DNA of 64,000 nucleotides. Origin: the human T2T-CHM13v2.0 reference genome, Homo sapiens. Location: assembly GCF_009914755.1 (NCBI RefSeq), contig NC_060947.1. One strand, written 5' to 3'. The notes under the pieces were generated by a model, which saw nothing but the letters and a program-made list of their open reading frames with translations, was not told the origin of the DNA and did no database searches. Both the position numbers and the translations under genes were made by a program. Shown here in pieces: positions 1 to 18,265 of this stretch (within the stretch, counting starts at the first letter, position 1; every line of letters starts with the position of its first letter).

Positions 1-221
<221 letters not shown>

Positions 222-867
222 TAAAATAAAGAGACAGCATATCAAAATTGTGGGATACTGCTTAAGCAATACTTTAAGGAAATTCTACAGCATTGAATCC
301 TATATTTGAAAAAGAATAGTCTCAAATCAATGACCTCAGCTTCTACCCAAAGAAACTAAAAGCCAACAGGAAATTAAACCTAAAGTATAAGAAAGGAAAT
401 AAACCAATAAAAACAAAAGCTTCTTATCTGAGAAGATCCATAAAATTCATAAACCTCTAGCCAAAGTGATCAAGAAAAAAGATAAATGACCAATATCGCA
501 AATAAGAAAGTGGACATTACTACAGATCTTTTCAATTTAAAAGCATAATAAGAGAATATTATAAATAATAAATTCAACATCTTAGATGAAATGGACAAAT
601 TACTTGAAAGACACAAAATTTAAAGTTCACCTAAGAAGAAATAGATAATCCGAGCAACCCTGTCTATTTTTTAATTGAATTTGTTGTTAAAATCTTTCCA
701 CAAAGAAAACTGCAGACTCAAAGATTTCACTCTTGAATTCTGCCAAAATAAGGAAAAAAATAATACCAATCCTACACAATCTCTCGCAAAAACTTGAAGA
801 GGAGGGAATACTCTCTGACTCATTCTATGAGGCTGAAATTACTGTGACAACAAACTGGACAAAGATA

Positions 868-1271
868 TTATTATGGGTTGAATTGAGCACCCCCTCCCCA
901 AATTCATATATTGAAGTTCCAACTCCTAGCACCTTAGAATGTGACCTTATTTGGAGACAGGGTCTTTACCGAGGTAATAACATTAAACTGAGGTCATAAG
1001 AGTGGACCCTAATCCAATATGACTGGTGTCCTTATAAAAAGGGGAAATTTGCACACAGACTCATACAGAGAAAAGACAATGTAAATTCAAAGAAAAAAGA
1101 TGGCCAAGAAAAGAGACCTGGAACAGATCTTTCCCTCACAGTCCTCAGGAGGAACCAAGCCTGCCAACACCTTGATTTCAGATTTCTAAACTCCAGAACT
1201 GTGAAATAATTTATGTTCTTTAAGCCACCTAGTTTGTGGTACTTTGTTATGGCAGCCTAGCAAACTAAGAC
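868..1271 (+). mobile_element. MaLR LTR (MLT1A/B/C-like)
   Basis: Starts ttatgggttgaatt..., contains gtgaccttatttggagacagggtcttt, ends gtttgtggtactttgttatggcagcctagcaaactaagac. Confidence 0.85.
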
Positions 1272-1402
1272 CAATAATACTAGAAAACTATAGACAAATC
1301 TCCCTCAGAAACATAGATGCAAAAATTCTATACAAAATTTTTGCAATTCAAATCCAACAATTCATCCAGTAATATATCAAAAAGATATATTGTCATAATG
1401 TA

Positions 1403-2217
1403 TGTAATATAGTTGCTGCCTTTTCATCCATTTTTAGGCCTAACTTAAGTTATCTGAAACCCAGTCGTACCCTGTTACCTTTGGCCTAGTTAAAACTTCC
1501 CTCCCTGTATACTTGCTTGCTATATAGCCCACTTGTTTCTCATTCCACAGACCCAAACCCAACACATCCCACAGCTGCTGACCACGATACAACCTAATTG
1601 TCAACAACAGAGTCGGGTAAATAAGTCCTCCCCCTTGCATGTGTTTTCTTTAAACTAGCCAATCTACAACCCCCATAGGAAAGGCCAAGGGATAACACCC
1701 ATTGACCTTAATAAAGCATAGTCCCGCAGGTCCTCTCTCTTTTCTCCCCCACCCCCATTTATCTATCTTTCTCTCTCTAAGACTTTCCATCAGCCCTCGA
1801 GGTCACTCCTCTTCTCTCATAGATCTTTGAGTAAGGAAATGCTTCTGTTATTTGATGTGTTTTGTTGAGTTGCCTTCTCTGTGTCTCACCTGAATGACAC
1901 ACCTGAACCTAACTCTCCTCCCTGTCAGGGCTACCCTAGAAAGTGGCTATCTTGGTAGGAATAAACAGGACACAGGTCAGACAAGAGCCACAAGGGTGCC
2001 TGCCAGAATAAATAAGTTTCCTGTGAGAAGGACACCTATCTGGTCACAGGTCAGACACTTGGGCATTAGGCCATCCGCCAGGATGAGGAAGTATCCCATG
2101 AAGCCATGTTGTAATCATCCACAATGACCTCCCCTGAAGCCCCATTAGGGCAGGGCTAGAATGTATAGCCACTCTCCAGAGAAAGACCTCAAGACCAAAT
2201 TAGAGGAAAATACAACA
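1403..2217 (+). mobile_element. ERV1 solo LTR (LTR48-like; family uncertain)
   Basis: TG...CA bounded ~815 bp block splitting the L1 sequence; near-TSD tgta/tata. Confidence 0.6.
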
Positions 2218-3869
2218 TATATCATGACTAAGTGGGCCTTAGGCCAAGAACGGAGTCAATTTAACATTCAAAAGTCAATAAATGTAATTCATCTTATTAA
2301 CAAACTTAAAAAAAATGATCATCTCAATATTCAGAAAAAGCTCTTGAAAAAATCCAACACCCTTTCCTGGTAAAACCTCTCAGCAAAGTAAGATATGACA
2401 CCAGAAGCACAATCCACAAAAGAACATGTTAATAAAATGGATTTCCTCAGAATTAAAAACTGCCCTTTGAAAGATGCTAAGTGAATGAAAAGATAAGCAA
2501 CAGACTAGGAGGAAGTATTTGCAAATGGTATATCTCATAAATAACTTATATTCAAAATATTTAAAGAACTCTCAAATTCCAATTATAGGAAAACAAAATC
2601 CCAATACATTTGAACAAAGGATTTGAACAGACCAAAGAAGGTATATGGAAGGCAAAGAAACAAATGAAAATCACTACGGAAATGCAAATTCAAGCCACAA
2701 TGAGATGCTACCACATACTTATTAGAATATTAGAATACCTAAATTTAAGACACTCATTTGGTAAAGATGTGGAACAACTTTGAACTCTCATAAACTGCTC
2801 ATACGAATGTAAAATGGTACACTTTGGAAAGCAGTTTGGCAGTTCTTCAAAAGTTAAACATACCCTGACCATATTATGCTTATCATATGACCCAGTCATC
2901 CATTCCATTCCATACCCAAGAGAAATGAAAGCACATGTCTATACAAAGATTTGCAAATGAGTGTTCAAAGTAGCTTCAGTTGTAATAGCCAAATAATAAC
3001 TCAATTCTACTTTAACTTGTGAATAGATAAACTGTGGTATAGTCATTCAATAGAATATTACTCAACAATATAAAGGAATAAACTATCAATACAAGCAGCA
3101 ATATGGAAGAATCTCAAAATAATTATACTGAGTGAAAGAAGCCAGAGAACAAAGACCACATGCTTTATGATTCCTTTTACACAAAACTCTAAAAAATGCA
3201 AGCCAATCTACAGTGATAGAAAGCAGATCGGTTGTTGCCTGGGGATATTATCTTGAATGTGGTGATGGTTTCACAGGTATATACATATATCAAATTGCAC
3301 ACTTGAAATATGTGTAGTTTCATTGTATGTCAATTAATCCTCAATAGAGTTGTTTTTTCTAAAATAATTAAAAAATATTGACATTGAACATTTGGATGGA
3401 GGGGAGAAAAAGCCTGTTGGTATGGGCACTCAACAAAGAAAACAAATATCCAGTTTATTGAAAGGGAAGTAAATTTCAAAATATTTGCAACTATAGAAAG
3501 AGGAAAAATGTATATTCTATGCATAATATTGATTGCTACTAATGTTATTTGTGTCAAATATCAGAAATACTTTCCTTATTAAGAAAAAGAATCCTCTGAA
3601 ATTTGCATTCCTTATAAATCTAACATGATGAACCCTACATGGAAAAGCATGACCTGAATACCTATTACACAATCTAGATTTACAAATGTGTCACAGTTTG
3701 CTCCTAAACTATCTGGAGCTCTGTCTTTATTGCATAGTTAGTTAGGAAGCGAAGATTTGAAGGTCTCCTAAGGGACTAGCCAAATCTTTGAAATTGGGCC
3801 AGATCAAACTCTTGGGCAGGGCCCTGTCTCCTACTGGTGCTAAGTGATTTCCATACAATATCCATTCAA

Positions 3870-4500
<631 letters not shown>

Positions 4501-5332
4501 ATGGGTCAGTACTGGTGAGTCACTGAGGACCTGGGGGTGGATTGCAAATATGATAACACCATAAAGTCGAGACAGACAGATGAGTTTCAGAGAGACAGAT
4601 GAGGACGAGAGAGATGGCAGAGGTGCACAACCTACATCTTGTAGCCCAGAGATGATTTTACCAGAAGTAATAGTTTGGCTGTAGCTACATTTTACTTCCA
4701 TTCAAGACCCTTGAAGCCATCCTCCATTTCTTAAGAGAATAGTGGCAATCCTGAGAATGCTCTACTAGACTCATGGAGATAAATCTGTGATTGGGTCTGG
4801 ACCAACCTTCATTTCCTTCTCTGAGTGTTCGTTTGTTTTTGTTTTTGTTTCTGGTTTTTTATTTGTTTTGTTTTGTTTTTGCCACAAAACTATATTAAAC
4901 CCCAAAACAGAAGTACCTCTGTTTAATATTCACCCTATCCATGTTATCCCATGGTAAATTATTTGGATTCAGAAATTGCATCATCTTGGCTTTATCTAAT
5001 GTTTACTCAAATATGAGAAAAGATATAAAATCTTTAAAGAACATTTTACTTCAGCACCTCTTAATTTGGACGATAAAACGCTTTATATCCAAAATGATAA
5101 AGTGTTTGTTTAGCAATGGAAACGTAAAATATATTAAAGGTCATTGCCTGTATAGAGTTCTCGTCACCTGAGAAGGCTCATAAAGCCAAAAATAAAGTTG
5201 AGTCCAGTTTTGTTGACCATAAAAAATTCATACATATATAGAAGAAATTCAAATAACTACCTTATAAAGCTGCAAACAATAAGATCAATGTTTTGAGTGT
5301 CTACTAAATGCCAGGAAGTTATATTCGTGCTC

Positions 5333-5558
5333 TTTTTTTTTTTTTTTTTGAGATGGTATCTCATTCTTTTGCTCCAGTTGGAGTGCAGTGGTGGGATCAT
5401 AACTCACTGCAGCCTCAAATTCCTAGGCTCAAGCAATCCTTGAGGCAATCCTCCTGCCTCAGCTCCTAAGTAGCTGGGACTACAGGCACACACTACCATG
5501 CCTGGCTAATTTTTAAATTTTTTTGTGAATATGGGGGTCTCACTTTGTTGTCCAGGCT
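5333..5558 (-). mobile_element. 5'-truncated AluJ inside a MIR
   Basis: Poly-T then Alu right arm; TSD cgtgctctt/catgctctt. Confidence 0.85.
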
Positions 5559-6384
5559 CATGCTCTTGATTATATGTCAGTATCTTCATTTTCAGAGAAG
5601 GGCATGAGATTCAGAAGGGTTGTGTAACATTTTCAAGTTCATACAACTAATATATATCGGAATAAGGATTCACACCCAGCTTTGTTTGGCTTCAGTCCCC
5701 ATATCACACTGCCACCCTGGTATTAGAGAAAAGGACCACTTCTGCTCTAATTTCCTTTTCCTTAGTATACGTGTTTCAGATTATCTTAATTGAATTAGTG
5801 TGGGCTGAAATTGTAGGAAATTCTCTGGTTAGAAAAGAGCATCAAATATTGTCTAAACCTAAATTAGCAGCTACTTGTATACTTATGCTTTCAGCCTCCT
5901 TTTCTCCTCATATGCAAATTAGGTCTAATGGTGGATATTGCAGAAATATGGACCTTGAAATTGGTTCTCATCTATTCGGAAAGCTATATGATGGGCTGGG
6001 CCACCCATACCAAGATAAGTATCATACTTTGATGTATCCCTGAGGGAGAAGCTGGTCAACTGTCCTGTATGGGATTCAGGAAGGGCTGCATCCAGGGTTT
6101 CAGAGATGCTTTTTTCCTTCAAATCAGTGTCAAAGGCCTGTTCCAAGACCCTGGTGGTGTGGCAGAGGTTTTGCCATCTGTTCACAGGCTTAGCTCAATA
6201 TTTATTAAATTCTTTATATGGATTATTTCATGTCATCCTCGTTGAAACTTGATGAGATAGGCAATGTTTCAGGCGAGCAATGGGTCAGAGAGGGGCAGAG
6301 TGATTTGCCTAAGGTCACATAGCAAGTAGTGACAGAACCAGGCTTCAAACCAGGTCAGTATGACTTCAAAATCTACCCACAATA

Positions 6385-6670
6385 ATGAGGTGGGAGTATT
6401 TATTCCCTGGCTTCTTCCCTGCAGGGTCATCTCAGGCTGGCTGCGTTCCTCAAAAGAAAGTCACAATGTATGTCAGATGCCCCTCTATGGGTTATTATAA
6501 CTACTCCCTCCTCTTATCCTTTCAGCTCCAGGAGTAGTAACAGCCACACCATTAGTGCACTATCCCATGAGATTCCCAAACCTCTGTAAATTGTTCCTTT
6601 AGTAAACCTTCCTGAAATCATCCTAATTTGAGTGTGTCATCTCTTTCCTCCTGGGACCCTAACTGATACA
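6385..6670 (+). mobile_element. ERVL LTR33-like 3' part
   Basis: Ends cctaatttgagtgtgtcatctctttcctcctgggaccctaactgataca. Confidence 0.65.
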
Positions 6671-7040
6671 CACATTATTCAATGATGGAGGTGGGATTGA
6701 AGTCCAGACCTAGTCTGGCTCCAACGCCCATGCTCTCACTTACCACTACCCTATTCTTGTATTCTGACATCTTAGCCTAAGCATATCCCAAGAAAACACC
6801 ATACCTTGTGCTCACTCATTTCAATTCAATGAACATTAACAGAGGATCTACTATGTGTTAGGAATTGCCTGAAATCACAGACAAGTTGCTGAACATTTAT
6901 GAGCTTCCTTTTTCTATTTCTGTGAATAATGAATGGTATTCTCTACCTGAATTGTAAGGTTGTTCTTAGGATAATATAATATTCTCTATAAAACATGCCA
7001 AGAAAAGTACATTACTCATTTTTGCCTCAGAACCTTCTAC

Positions 7041-9060
7041 TACTGCTCAAAGCAATCTACAGATGCAATGCAATCCCTATGACGAAATTAATGTCATTTT
7101 TCACAGAAATAGAAAAAACAATCCTAAATTCATATAGAACCAAAAAAGACCCTAAACAGCCAAAGCAATCCTGAGCAAAAAGAACAAAGCTGGAAACATC
7201 ATATTACCTGACTTCAAAATATAGTGCAAGGCTATAATAATCCAAACAGCACTGTAGTAGTATAAAAACAGACACATAGACCAATGAAACAGAATAGAGT
7301 ACCCAGAAATAAATCCAAGTATTTATAGACAACTGATTTTCAACAAAGGGACCAGGAACAAACATTGCAGAAAGGACACTCTTTTCAGTAAGTGGTGCCA
7401 GGAAAACTGGACCCTTATCTCTTACCATACACAAAAATCAACTCAAGATGGATTAAAGACTTAAATATAAGACCTGAAACTATGAAATTACTAGAAGAAA
7501 ACGTAGGGGAAATATTTCAGGACATTGGTCTAGGCAAAGATTTTATGGCTAAGACCTCAAAAGCACAGGCAAAAGCAAAAATAGGCAAATGGGACTATAT
7601 TAAACTAAAAACCTTCTACACAGCAAAGGAAACAGTCAACAGAGTAAAGAGACAATCTGTTGAATGGGAGAAAATATTTTCAAACTATTTATCTGACAAG
7701 AGACCTAATATCCAGAGTATACAAGGAACTCAAACAATTCAACACTAAAAAAATAATAATGTCACTAAAAAGTGGGCAAATGACATGAATACACATTTCT
7801 CAGAAGAAGACATACAAATGGCCAACAGGTATATGAAAAAAGGCTCAACATCGCTAATCATCAGGGAAATACAAATCAAAGCTACAATTAGATATCATCT
7901 TACCCCAGTTAGAATGTCTATCAAAAAGACAAAAAATAATAGATGCTAACAAGGATGCAGAGAAAAGGGAACTCATACACTGTTGAGGAAAACATACATT
8001 AGTACAACCACTACAGAAAACAGCATGAAGTCTGAGCATGGTGGCTCAGGCCTGTAATCCCAGCACTTTGGGAGGCCAAAGCGGGCAGATCACCTGAGGT
8101 CAGGAGTTTGACACCAGCCTGTCTAACATGGGGAAACCCTGTCTCTACTAAAAATACAAAAAAAAAATTAGCTAGGCATGGTGGCCCATGCCTGTAATCT
8201 CAGCTACTCGGGAGACTGAGGCATGAGAATTGCTTGAACCCAGGAGGCGGAGGTTGCAGTGAGCCGAGATAGCACCACTGCACTCCAGCTTAGGTGAGAG
8301 AGCGAGACTCCGTCAAAAACAAAAACAAAAACAAAAACAAAAAACAATGCAGCATGGAGATTTCTCAAAAAACTAAAAATAGAACTAGCATATGATCCAG
8401 CAATCCCACTACTGGCTATTTATCCAAAGAAAGGAAATCAGTATATCAAAGGGATACCTGCACTCCCATGTTTATTGCGGCACTATTCACAATAGCAAAA
8501 ATATGCTATCAACCTAAGTACATGTCAATGGATGATTAAAGAAAATGTTGCACATATACACAATTGCATACTATTCAGTCATAAAAATAATGAAATCATG
8601 TCATTTGCAGCAACATGGATGGAACTGGAGATCCTTATGTTAAGTGAAATAAGCCAAGCACAGAAAGACAAATATTGTATGTTCTCACTCATATTGTGGG
8701 AGTAAAAAAGTTGATCTCATGGAGATAGAGAGCAGAATGATAGATATCAGAGCCTGGGAAGGGTGTGGGGGCAGGGGTGGGAGATCAAGAGAGGTTGGTT
8801 AATGGATACAAACATACAGTTAGATAGAAGAAGTAAGTTCTATGTTCAGTAGCAGAGTAGGGTGACTACAGTTAACAATGCATTGTATATTTCAAAATAT
8901 ACATAATATAGGGAGGTTTTGAAATGTTCCCAGCACATAGAAATGATGAATACTTGAGATAGTAGATGCCCTAAATACCCTGACTTGATCATTTATACAT
9001 TCTATGCATGTAACAAAATATCACATGTGCCCCATAAATATGTACAAATATTATCTATCA
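7041..9060 (+). mobile_element. 5'-truncated L1MA (ORF2 C-terminus plus 3' UTR)
   Basis: ORF 7392..7748 is L1 ORF2-like ([26 protein letters not shown]); L1MA-type 3' UTR ending cacatgtgccccataaatatgtac. Confidence 0.92.
8031..8345 (+). mobile_element. AluS inside L1MA
   Basis: Alu dimer with (AAAAAC)n tail. Confidence 0.93.
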
Positions 9061-9204
9061 GAACAAATATATATAAATAATTTGGGAATGATTGTGAGAT
9101 AAAATAATAAAACTATAAAAAACAAACACAAAATTTACTTATACTGTAACTCACCAGAAAAATAATAATAATCTTCTACATGCCTAGTTAATAGTGGGAC
9201 TCTG

Positions 9205-9633
<429 letters not shown>

Positions 9634-9825
9634 TTAGACATGCTAGAGATGTGTAATATATTAACTGCCTCTTCACCTGAGCTTTAAGCACTCAAAGGGC
9701 AAATGGTTTCCCATCTCTATTTGGGGCCCTTCTCCTTCCACTTTAAGGCTGAGAAGGCTGAGAAACAGGATAAAGTTCAAATCTCTAAACTCACCCAAGG
9801 GTCACCCTCCTAAAAATGACTGTAC

Positions 9826-10123
9826 TGTCCAGGTGCAGTGGCTCATTACTGTAACGTGAGCACTTTGGGAGGCTGAGGTGGGAGGATTGCTTAACGCCAA
9901 GAGTTCAAGACCAACCTAGGCAACATAGTGAGACCCTATCTCTACAAAAGAAAAAAAAAAAAAAAACAAACAAAAATTAGGCAGGCATAGTGGCACATGC
10001 CTGTAATTCCAGCTACTCAGGAGGCTAAGGTAGGAGGATCATTTGAGCCCATGAGGTCAAGGCTACAGTGAGCCACTGCACTCTAGCCTGGGCAACAGGT
10101 GAGACCCCATTTCAAAAAAAAAA
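9826..10123 (+). mobile_element. AluJ
   Basis: Diverged Alu dimer with J-type ggaggattgctt / gaggtcaaggctacagtgagc. Confidence 0.9.
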
Positions 10124-10745
10124 TAATGAATGGACCAAGTCTATACTTTTGCAAAGAACTTTACATTGATTTTAAGGCTATTAATAGAAATGTTTTCCAA
10201 TACTTGGAGAAAGACTCAAAAGGCGCTTGAACACTCAATAACTTCCAAAGAAGCATTTTAATGAATTACAGTAAGTGCAAATTGATCAGAAACATATGGA
10301 TTTAATTTATCCTTAAGGACATACATTTCAACATTCAAGGGGAGAATTTGTCTTCTGAAATATATTCTGGACCTTGTCCAGTATAAAACATTTAAAACAA
10401 ATTTTCAAATTGTAGATGAATCCAGATCTCTGGTATGCTCACTCAGTCTTCATCGAGAGATACAGATGGAAGATTATTTTTATCTTCAAAGTGGAATTCT
10501 CAGAAGGAGCTAGGAATTGTATGGCCAGCACTCAAGCCCCAGCCTAACCATTTATTGTGTGACCTTGGCAAAGCTGTTTACCCTTGTGAGAACATTTTCC
10601 ACGTGTGAAAACCAGATAATGCCTTGCACACTTCACCTGGTTTCTGTGAGGTTTAGATGAGGTAATTTATGTCATAGAATTTGTTGGCTTGGAAAGTGCT
10701 ATACAAATTAAACTATTATTTGGTGCCATGCACATCACAAAATAA

Positions 10746-11068
<323 letters not shown>

Positions 11069-11591
11069 CTGTGTTTCCCTTTTATCATCACACATTCAGT
11101 TTAGAGTTCAGTTGACTCTTGCCTGTTTGGCTGAACTGTACATGGATGCTTGTTGCTGGTTTTTGACAGTAGTTTTCCACAGACTCCCAGAATCTCTGGA
11201 AGGAACGCTAACCAATCTTCATCCAATTAACACAAAGAACTTCCCATTTCATCCTTCTAGCATAATTGATTAAAATATATTCTACTAATAATTTGCTAAT
11301 CAGCTATGGCCCAGGGCAGGATAAACTGTGCATGTACCTGCCCCAAACTACACCAACCTGTTCAAACGCATTTACACGGTGCAATGTTGATTTATCCTTG
11401 CTGTTCCAGTAGCAAAATCCTATGACCTAAAGTAACCTCAGGTGTGGAAGGCAGCCATTCAAGAATTCTGGAAGCTGTTCTCTCTGGCATTCTTTTTACT
11501 TTCTCTCCCGAAACCCAAAGACAAAATTTTTGTTTTGTGGTTATTTTTTCTTACTTGTATCTCTGCCACATCTTGACTCTCATGGAGAGAC

Positions 11592-12360
11592 TTTTTTTTT
11601 TTTACTTTTAATTTTAACTTTAGTTATAAAGAAATAATTTTAGATATAGAAAAATGTTGCAAAAATAGTGAAAAGAATTCCCATATGCTCTTCATCCACC
11701 TTCCACTAATGTTAACATCTTATATAATAATAATATAATAATCAAAATCAAGAAATTGACATTGGCACAATAATATTAACATTTAACACTCTTATTTTCA
11801 TTCCACCAGTTTTTCTACTTATGTACATTTTCTGTTCCAGGATCCAAATGAGTGTCCCAAACTTCATTTAGTCATCATGTCTCCTTAGTCTCTTCTGGTC
11901 TGTGACATTTCCTCACTATTTCCTTGTCTTTTATGACCTTGACACTTTTGAGAACTACTCATCAGTTACTTTGTCTGACGTCCCCCAATTTGGGTTTCTC
12001 TGATGTTGTCTTGTGGTTATTTTGGGAACACGTATTTTTGGCAAGAATACCACAGAAATGATGCTGTGCCCTTCTCATTGCATCATATCAGGGGATACAT
12101 GACATTGATATGCCTCATTACTGGCTATGTTAACCTTGATCACTTGACTAAGAGGATGTCTGCTCAGTTTCTCTACTATAAAATTCTATTTTTCTCTTTG
12201 TAGTTAATAAATATCTTGGGATAAATACTTTAGGCAATGAAAATATTCTATTTCTCCTCAAACTGTCAAGGACCAGTTTTAGCATCCGCTGGTGGATATC
12301 CTGCCTGCAGCAACTACTACTGTCACATTCTAAAGATGACTTTGTATTTCCCTCACTCCT
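11592..12360 (-). mobile_element. L1MC4/L1MC5-like 3' end
   Basis: gttgcaaaaatagt...gttaacatct...gttaaccttgatcacttg pattern of reverse L1MC 3' UTR. Confidence 0.75.
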
Positions 12361-12952
12361 CCAATAATAGTTGCAGACATCAATATTCCACTTTCAATAA
12401 TAGATAGAATAACTAGGCAGAAGAACAAGTAAATGGAAGTTTAACAACACTAAAAACCAACTAGACCTAATGAATGTGTATAGAACACTCCACTCAACAA
12501 CAGTAGAGTACATAAAAGATTCTTCAGAATAAACCATGTACTAAGACACATAAGCCTAAATAAATGTAAAAGGATTCAAATTATGCAAAGTATCTTCTCT
12601 GATCACAATGGAATGGAATTAGAATTCAATAACAAAAAGAAATTTGAACATTCACAAATATGTAAAAATTAAACAAAACACTCCTAAATAACAAATGAGT
12701 CAAAAAAGAAATCACAAGGGAAAAGAGAAAATACAAATGAAAGTGAAGATACAGGTATACCTAATTTTATTGCATTTTGCTTTATTGCACTTTACAGATA
12801 ATGCATTTTTTACAAATTGAAGGTCTGTGGTAACCCTCTATTGAGTAAGTCTATCAGTGCCATTTTCCCAACAAAACATAGTCACTTCACGTCTCTGTGT
12901 AACATTTTGGTAATTCTGGCACTATTTCAAATGTTATCATTATATGTATATA

Positions 12953-12976
12953 TAGATAGATAGATAGATAGATAGA
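12953..12976. repeat. (TAGA)6 microsatellite inside Tigger1
   Basis: tagatagatagatagatagataga. Confidence 0.9.
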
Positions 12977-14114
12977 TATAACAGATATAATAATATATAA
13001 TCAGTGATCTTTGATGTTACTCTTGTAATTGTTTTGAGATGTCACAAGCCACAGGCAATATAAAGCAGCGAACTTAATTGGTAAGTGTTGTGTATGTTCT
13101 GACTGCTCCGCTGACCAGCCATTTCCCCATCAATCTCTCTCTCCTCTGGCCTCCATATTTCTTGAGACACAACGATATTGAAATCAGACCAATTAATTAC
13201 CCTACAATGACCTCTAAGTGTTCAAATGAAAGAGTCCCATGCCTCTCACTTTAAATTAAAAGCTAGTAATGATTAAACTTAGTGAAGAAGCCATGCCAAA
13301 AGCCAAGATAGCCTGAAAACTAGGCCTCTTTTACCGAACAGTTAAGTCGTGAGTGCAAAGGAAACGTTCTTGAAGAAAACTGAAAGTGCTACTCCAGTCA
13401 ACACACAAATGATAAGAAACCAAAACAGCCTTATTGCTGATATGGAGAAAGTATGAGTGGTCTCTATAGTGTATCAAACCAGCTACAACATTCCCCAAGC
13501 CATAGCCTCATCCAGAGCAAGGCTCTGAGAGTTGATCAGCAAGTGCTGATGGAAGAGCTGCAGCAAGTTATCCGGAAGATCTAGCAAACATCATTGATGG
13601 CTACTCTAAACCACAGATTTTCAATGCGTATGAAACAGATACATACTGGAAGATGTCGTCTAGAACGTTCACAGCTAAATAGGAAAAGTCAATGCCTGGC
13701 TGCAAAGCTTCAAAGGGCTGGCTCTCTCTTGTTAGGGGCTGATGCAGCTGGTGATTTCAAGTAAAGCCAATGCTGATTTACCATTCAAAAAATCCTAGAA
13801 CCCTTAAAAATCATGCTAAATCTATCTGTGCTCTATAAATGGAACAGAAAAGCCGGGATGACAGCATATCTGTTTACATCATGGTTTACTGAATATCTTA
13901 AGCCCACCGTTGAGACCAACTACTCAGACAAAAAGATTCCTTTCAAAGTATTACTGCTCATTGACAATGCACTTGGTCACCCAAGAGCTCTGATGAAGAT
14001 GTACAAGGAGATTAATGCTGTTTTCATGCCTGCTAACAAAATATCCATTCTGCAGCCCATGCAGCAAGGAGTAATTTCGACTTTCAAGTCTTATTTAAAA
14101 CTACATTTTGTAAG

Positions 14115-14430
14115 ACCTACAGGAGCTAAATCTAAAATCTAAAATCATGCAGCTAGTTAACTATGCAGAACTTGAGTTAATGACCAGGTGTCTCCATCCA
14201 GTTTTCTTTTTACTTTACTTCAATACTGCCCAAGTTATTTTCTCTTTTCCTCCTTTTAAAAAAAGACACCTTAGCAAGGTTTTTCTAAACTTGTTTTGTA
14301 TATAATTATGAAAGCAAGTAGTTATGGCAGGGATGCATTCTGACATGAATATTAATTTAAATTATTGGGTAGCCTCCAAAAGGAAATAAAGAAGATTCTC
14401 AAAAAAAAAACAAAAACAAACAAACAAACA
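14115..14430 (+). other. Unidentified polyadenylated retro-insertion (3' UTR-like retrocopy or orphan transduction)
   Basis: ~286 bp non-Tigger sequence, AATAAA at 14385-14390, A-rich tail 14401-14430, flanked by duplicated aaaactacattt. Confidence 0.75.
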
Positions 14431-14443
14431 AAAACTACATTTT

Positions 14444-14750
<307 letters not shown>

Positions 14751-15375
14751 CTACATTTCACAAGGCTGTAGCTGCCATAGATTCCTCTGATGGATCTAGG
14801 CAAAATATATTAAAAACCTTCAGGAAAAGATTCACCATTCTAGATGCCATTAAGAACATTCATGATTCATGGGAGGAGATTAAAATATCCACATTAACAG
14901 GAGTTTGAAAGAAGTTGATTATTATTATTATCCACCCTTATGGTTGACTTTGAGGAGTTCAAGACTTCAGTGGAGAAAGTCACTGCAGATGTGATAGAAA
15001 TAGCAAGAGAACCAAAATTAGAAGTGCAACCTGAAGATGTGACTGAATTGCTGCCATCTCATGATAAAACTTAAATGGATCAGGAGTTGCTTCTTATGGA
15101 TTAGCAAAGAAGGTAGTTTCTTGAGATGGAATCTACTCCTGGCGATCATGCTGTGAACATTGTTGAAATGACAACAAAGGATTTAGAATATTACATAAAC
15201 TTAGTTGACAAAGCAGCAGCAGGGTTGGAGAGAATTGATTCCAACTTTGAAAGAAGTTCTACTGTGGGTGAAGTGCTATCAAACAGCATCTCATACTACA
15301 GAGAAATCTTTCGTGAAAGGAAGCATCAATCAACGTGGCAAACTTTATTGTTCTCTTAAGAAATTGCTACAGCTA

Positions 15376-15725
<350 letters not shown>

Positions 15726-16048
15726 TCAGTCAGCAGCCATCAATATGAGGGAAAGACCCTCCATCAGCAAAAAGATTATGACTCACCGAAGGCTCAGATA
15801 ATTGTTGGCATTTCTTAGCAATAATGTACTTTGAAATTAAGGTATATATATTGTTTTTTAGACATAATGCCATTGCATACTTACTAGACTCTGTATAGTG
15901 TAAACACAACTTTTATATGCACTGGGAAATCAAAATTGTGTGACTCATTTTATTGTGATAGACACTTTATTGTGGTGGTCTGGAACCAAACCCACAATAT
16001 CTCAAAGGTATGCCTGTATACCAAAGCAAAACTTGTGGGATGCAACTA

Positions 16049-16603
<555 letters not shown>

Positions 16604-16916
16604 TCAGCATAGAATGACAAAAAAAAAAGAAAATAAAAAAAAGAAAAAAAACTAAAGTCAAGATTGAAACAGATCAAATTACTACCAACCTTAGAGAAAT
16701 ATAAACATAAATATGCACAACTGTCTGCCAACAAATTAGATAACGTAGATGAAATGGACAAATTGCTTGAAGGACACTATCTACAGTGACCCAAAAAGGA
16801 ACAGAAAATCCGAATAACAAGTTAACAGATTGAATTAAAAATAAATGAAAAAAAATACTCACAAAGAAAAGCCTAGACCCAGATGTCTTCAGTGGTGAAC
16901 TCTATCAAACATTTAA

Positions 16917-17340
<424 letters not shown>

Positions 17341-17875
17341 TAACACTTAAGCCAGTTAAAAATATCACAAAAAAGGAAAACCACAGACCAATATCTTTTA
17401 TGCATATGGACACAAAAATCTTTAACTAATACTAGCAAATAAAATCCAGCAACATATTAAAAACACTATACACCATGACCAAGTAGGATTTATTCCAGAA
17501 ATTCAAAATTAGTTTAACATATGATAATTAATTAATGTAATAAAACATATCAATAGAAAAAAAGAACAAAAAACACATTATTATTTCATCAGATATTTAA
17601 AAAGCATTTGACAAACTAACAAGTTTTGATGATAAAAACAACACTCAACAAATTAGGAATAAAAGAAAACTTTCTCAAAGTGATAAAAGGCATCTGTGAA
17701 AAACCCACAACTAACAACATACTTGACAGTGAAAGATTGAATGCTTTCCCCTAAGATCAAAAAAAAAAAAAAATAGAACTCCAAAAGCACAAGCAACTAA
17801 AGAAAAAAAAATGGTAAATTAGACTTCATGAAAATTTAAAACTCTTATGCTGCAAAGGATACCATGAAGAAAGTG

Positions 17876-18265
<390 letters not shown>

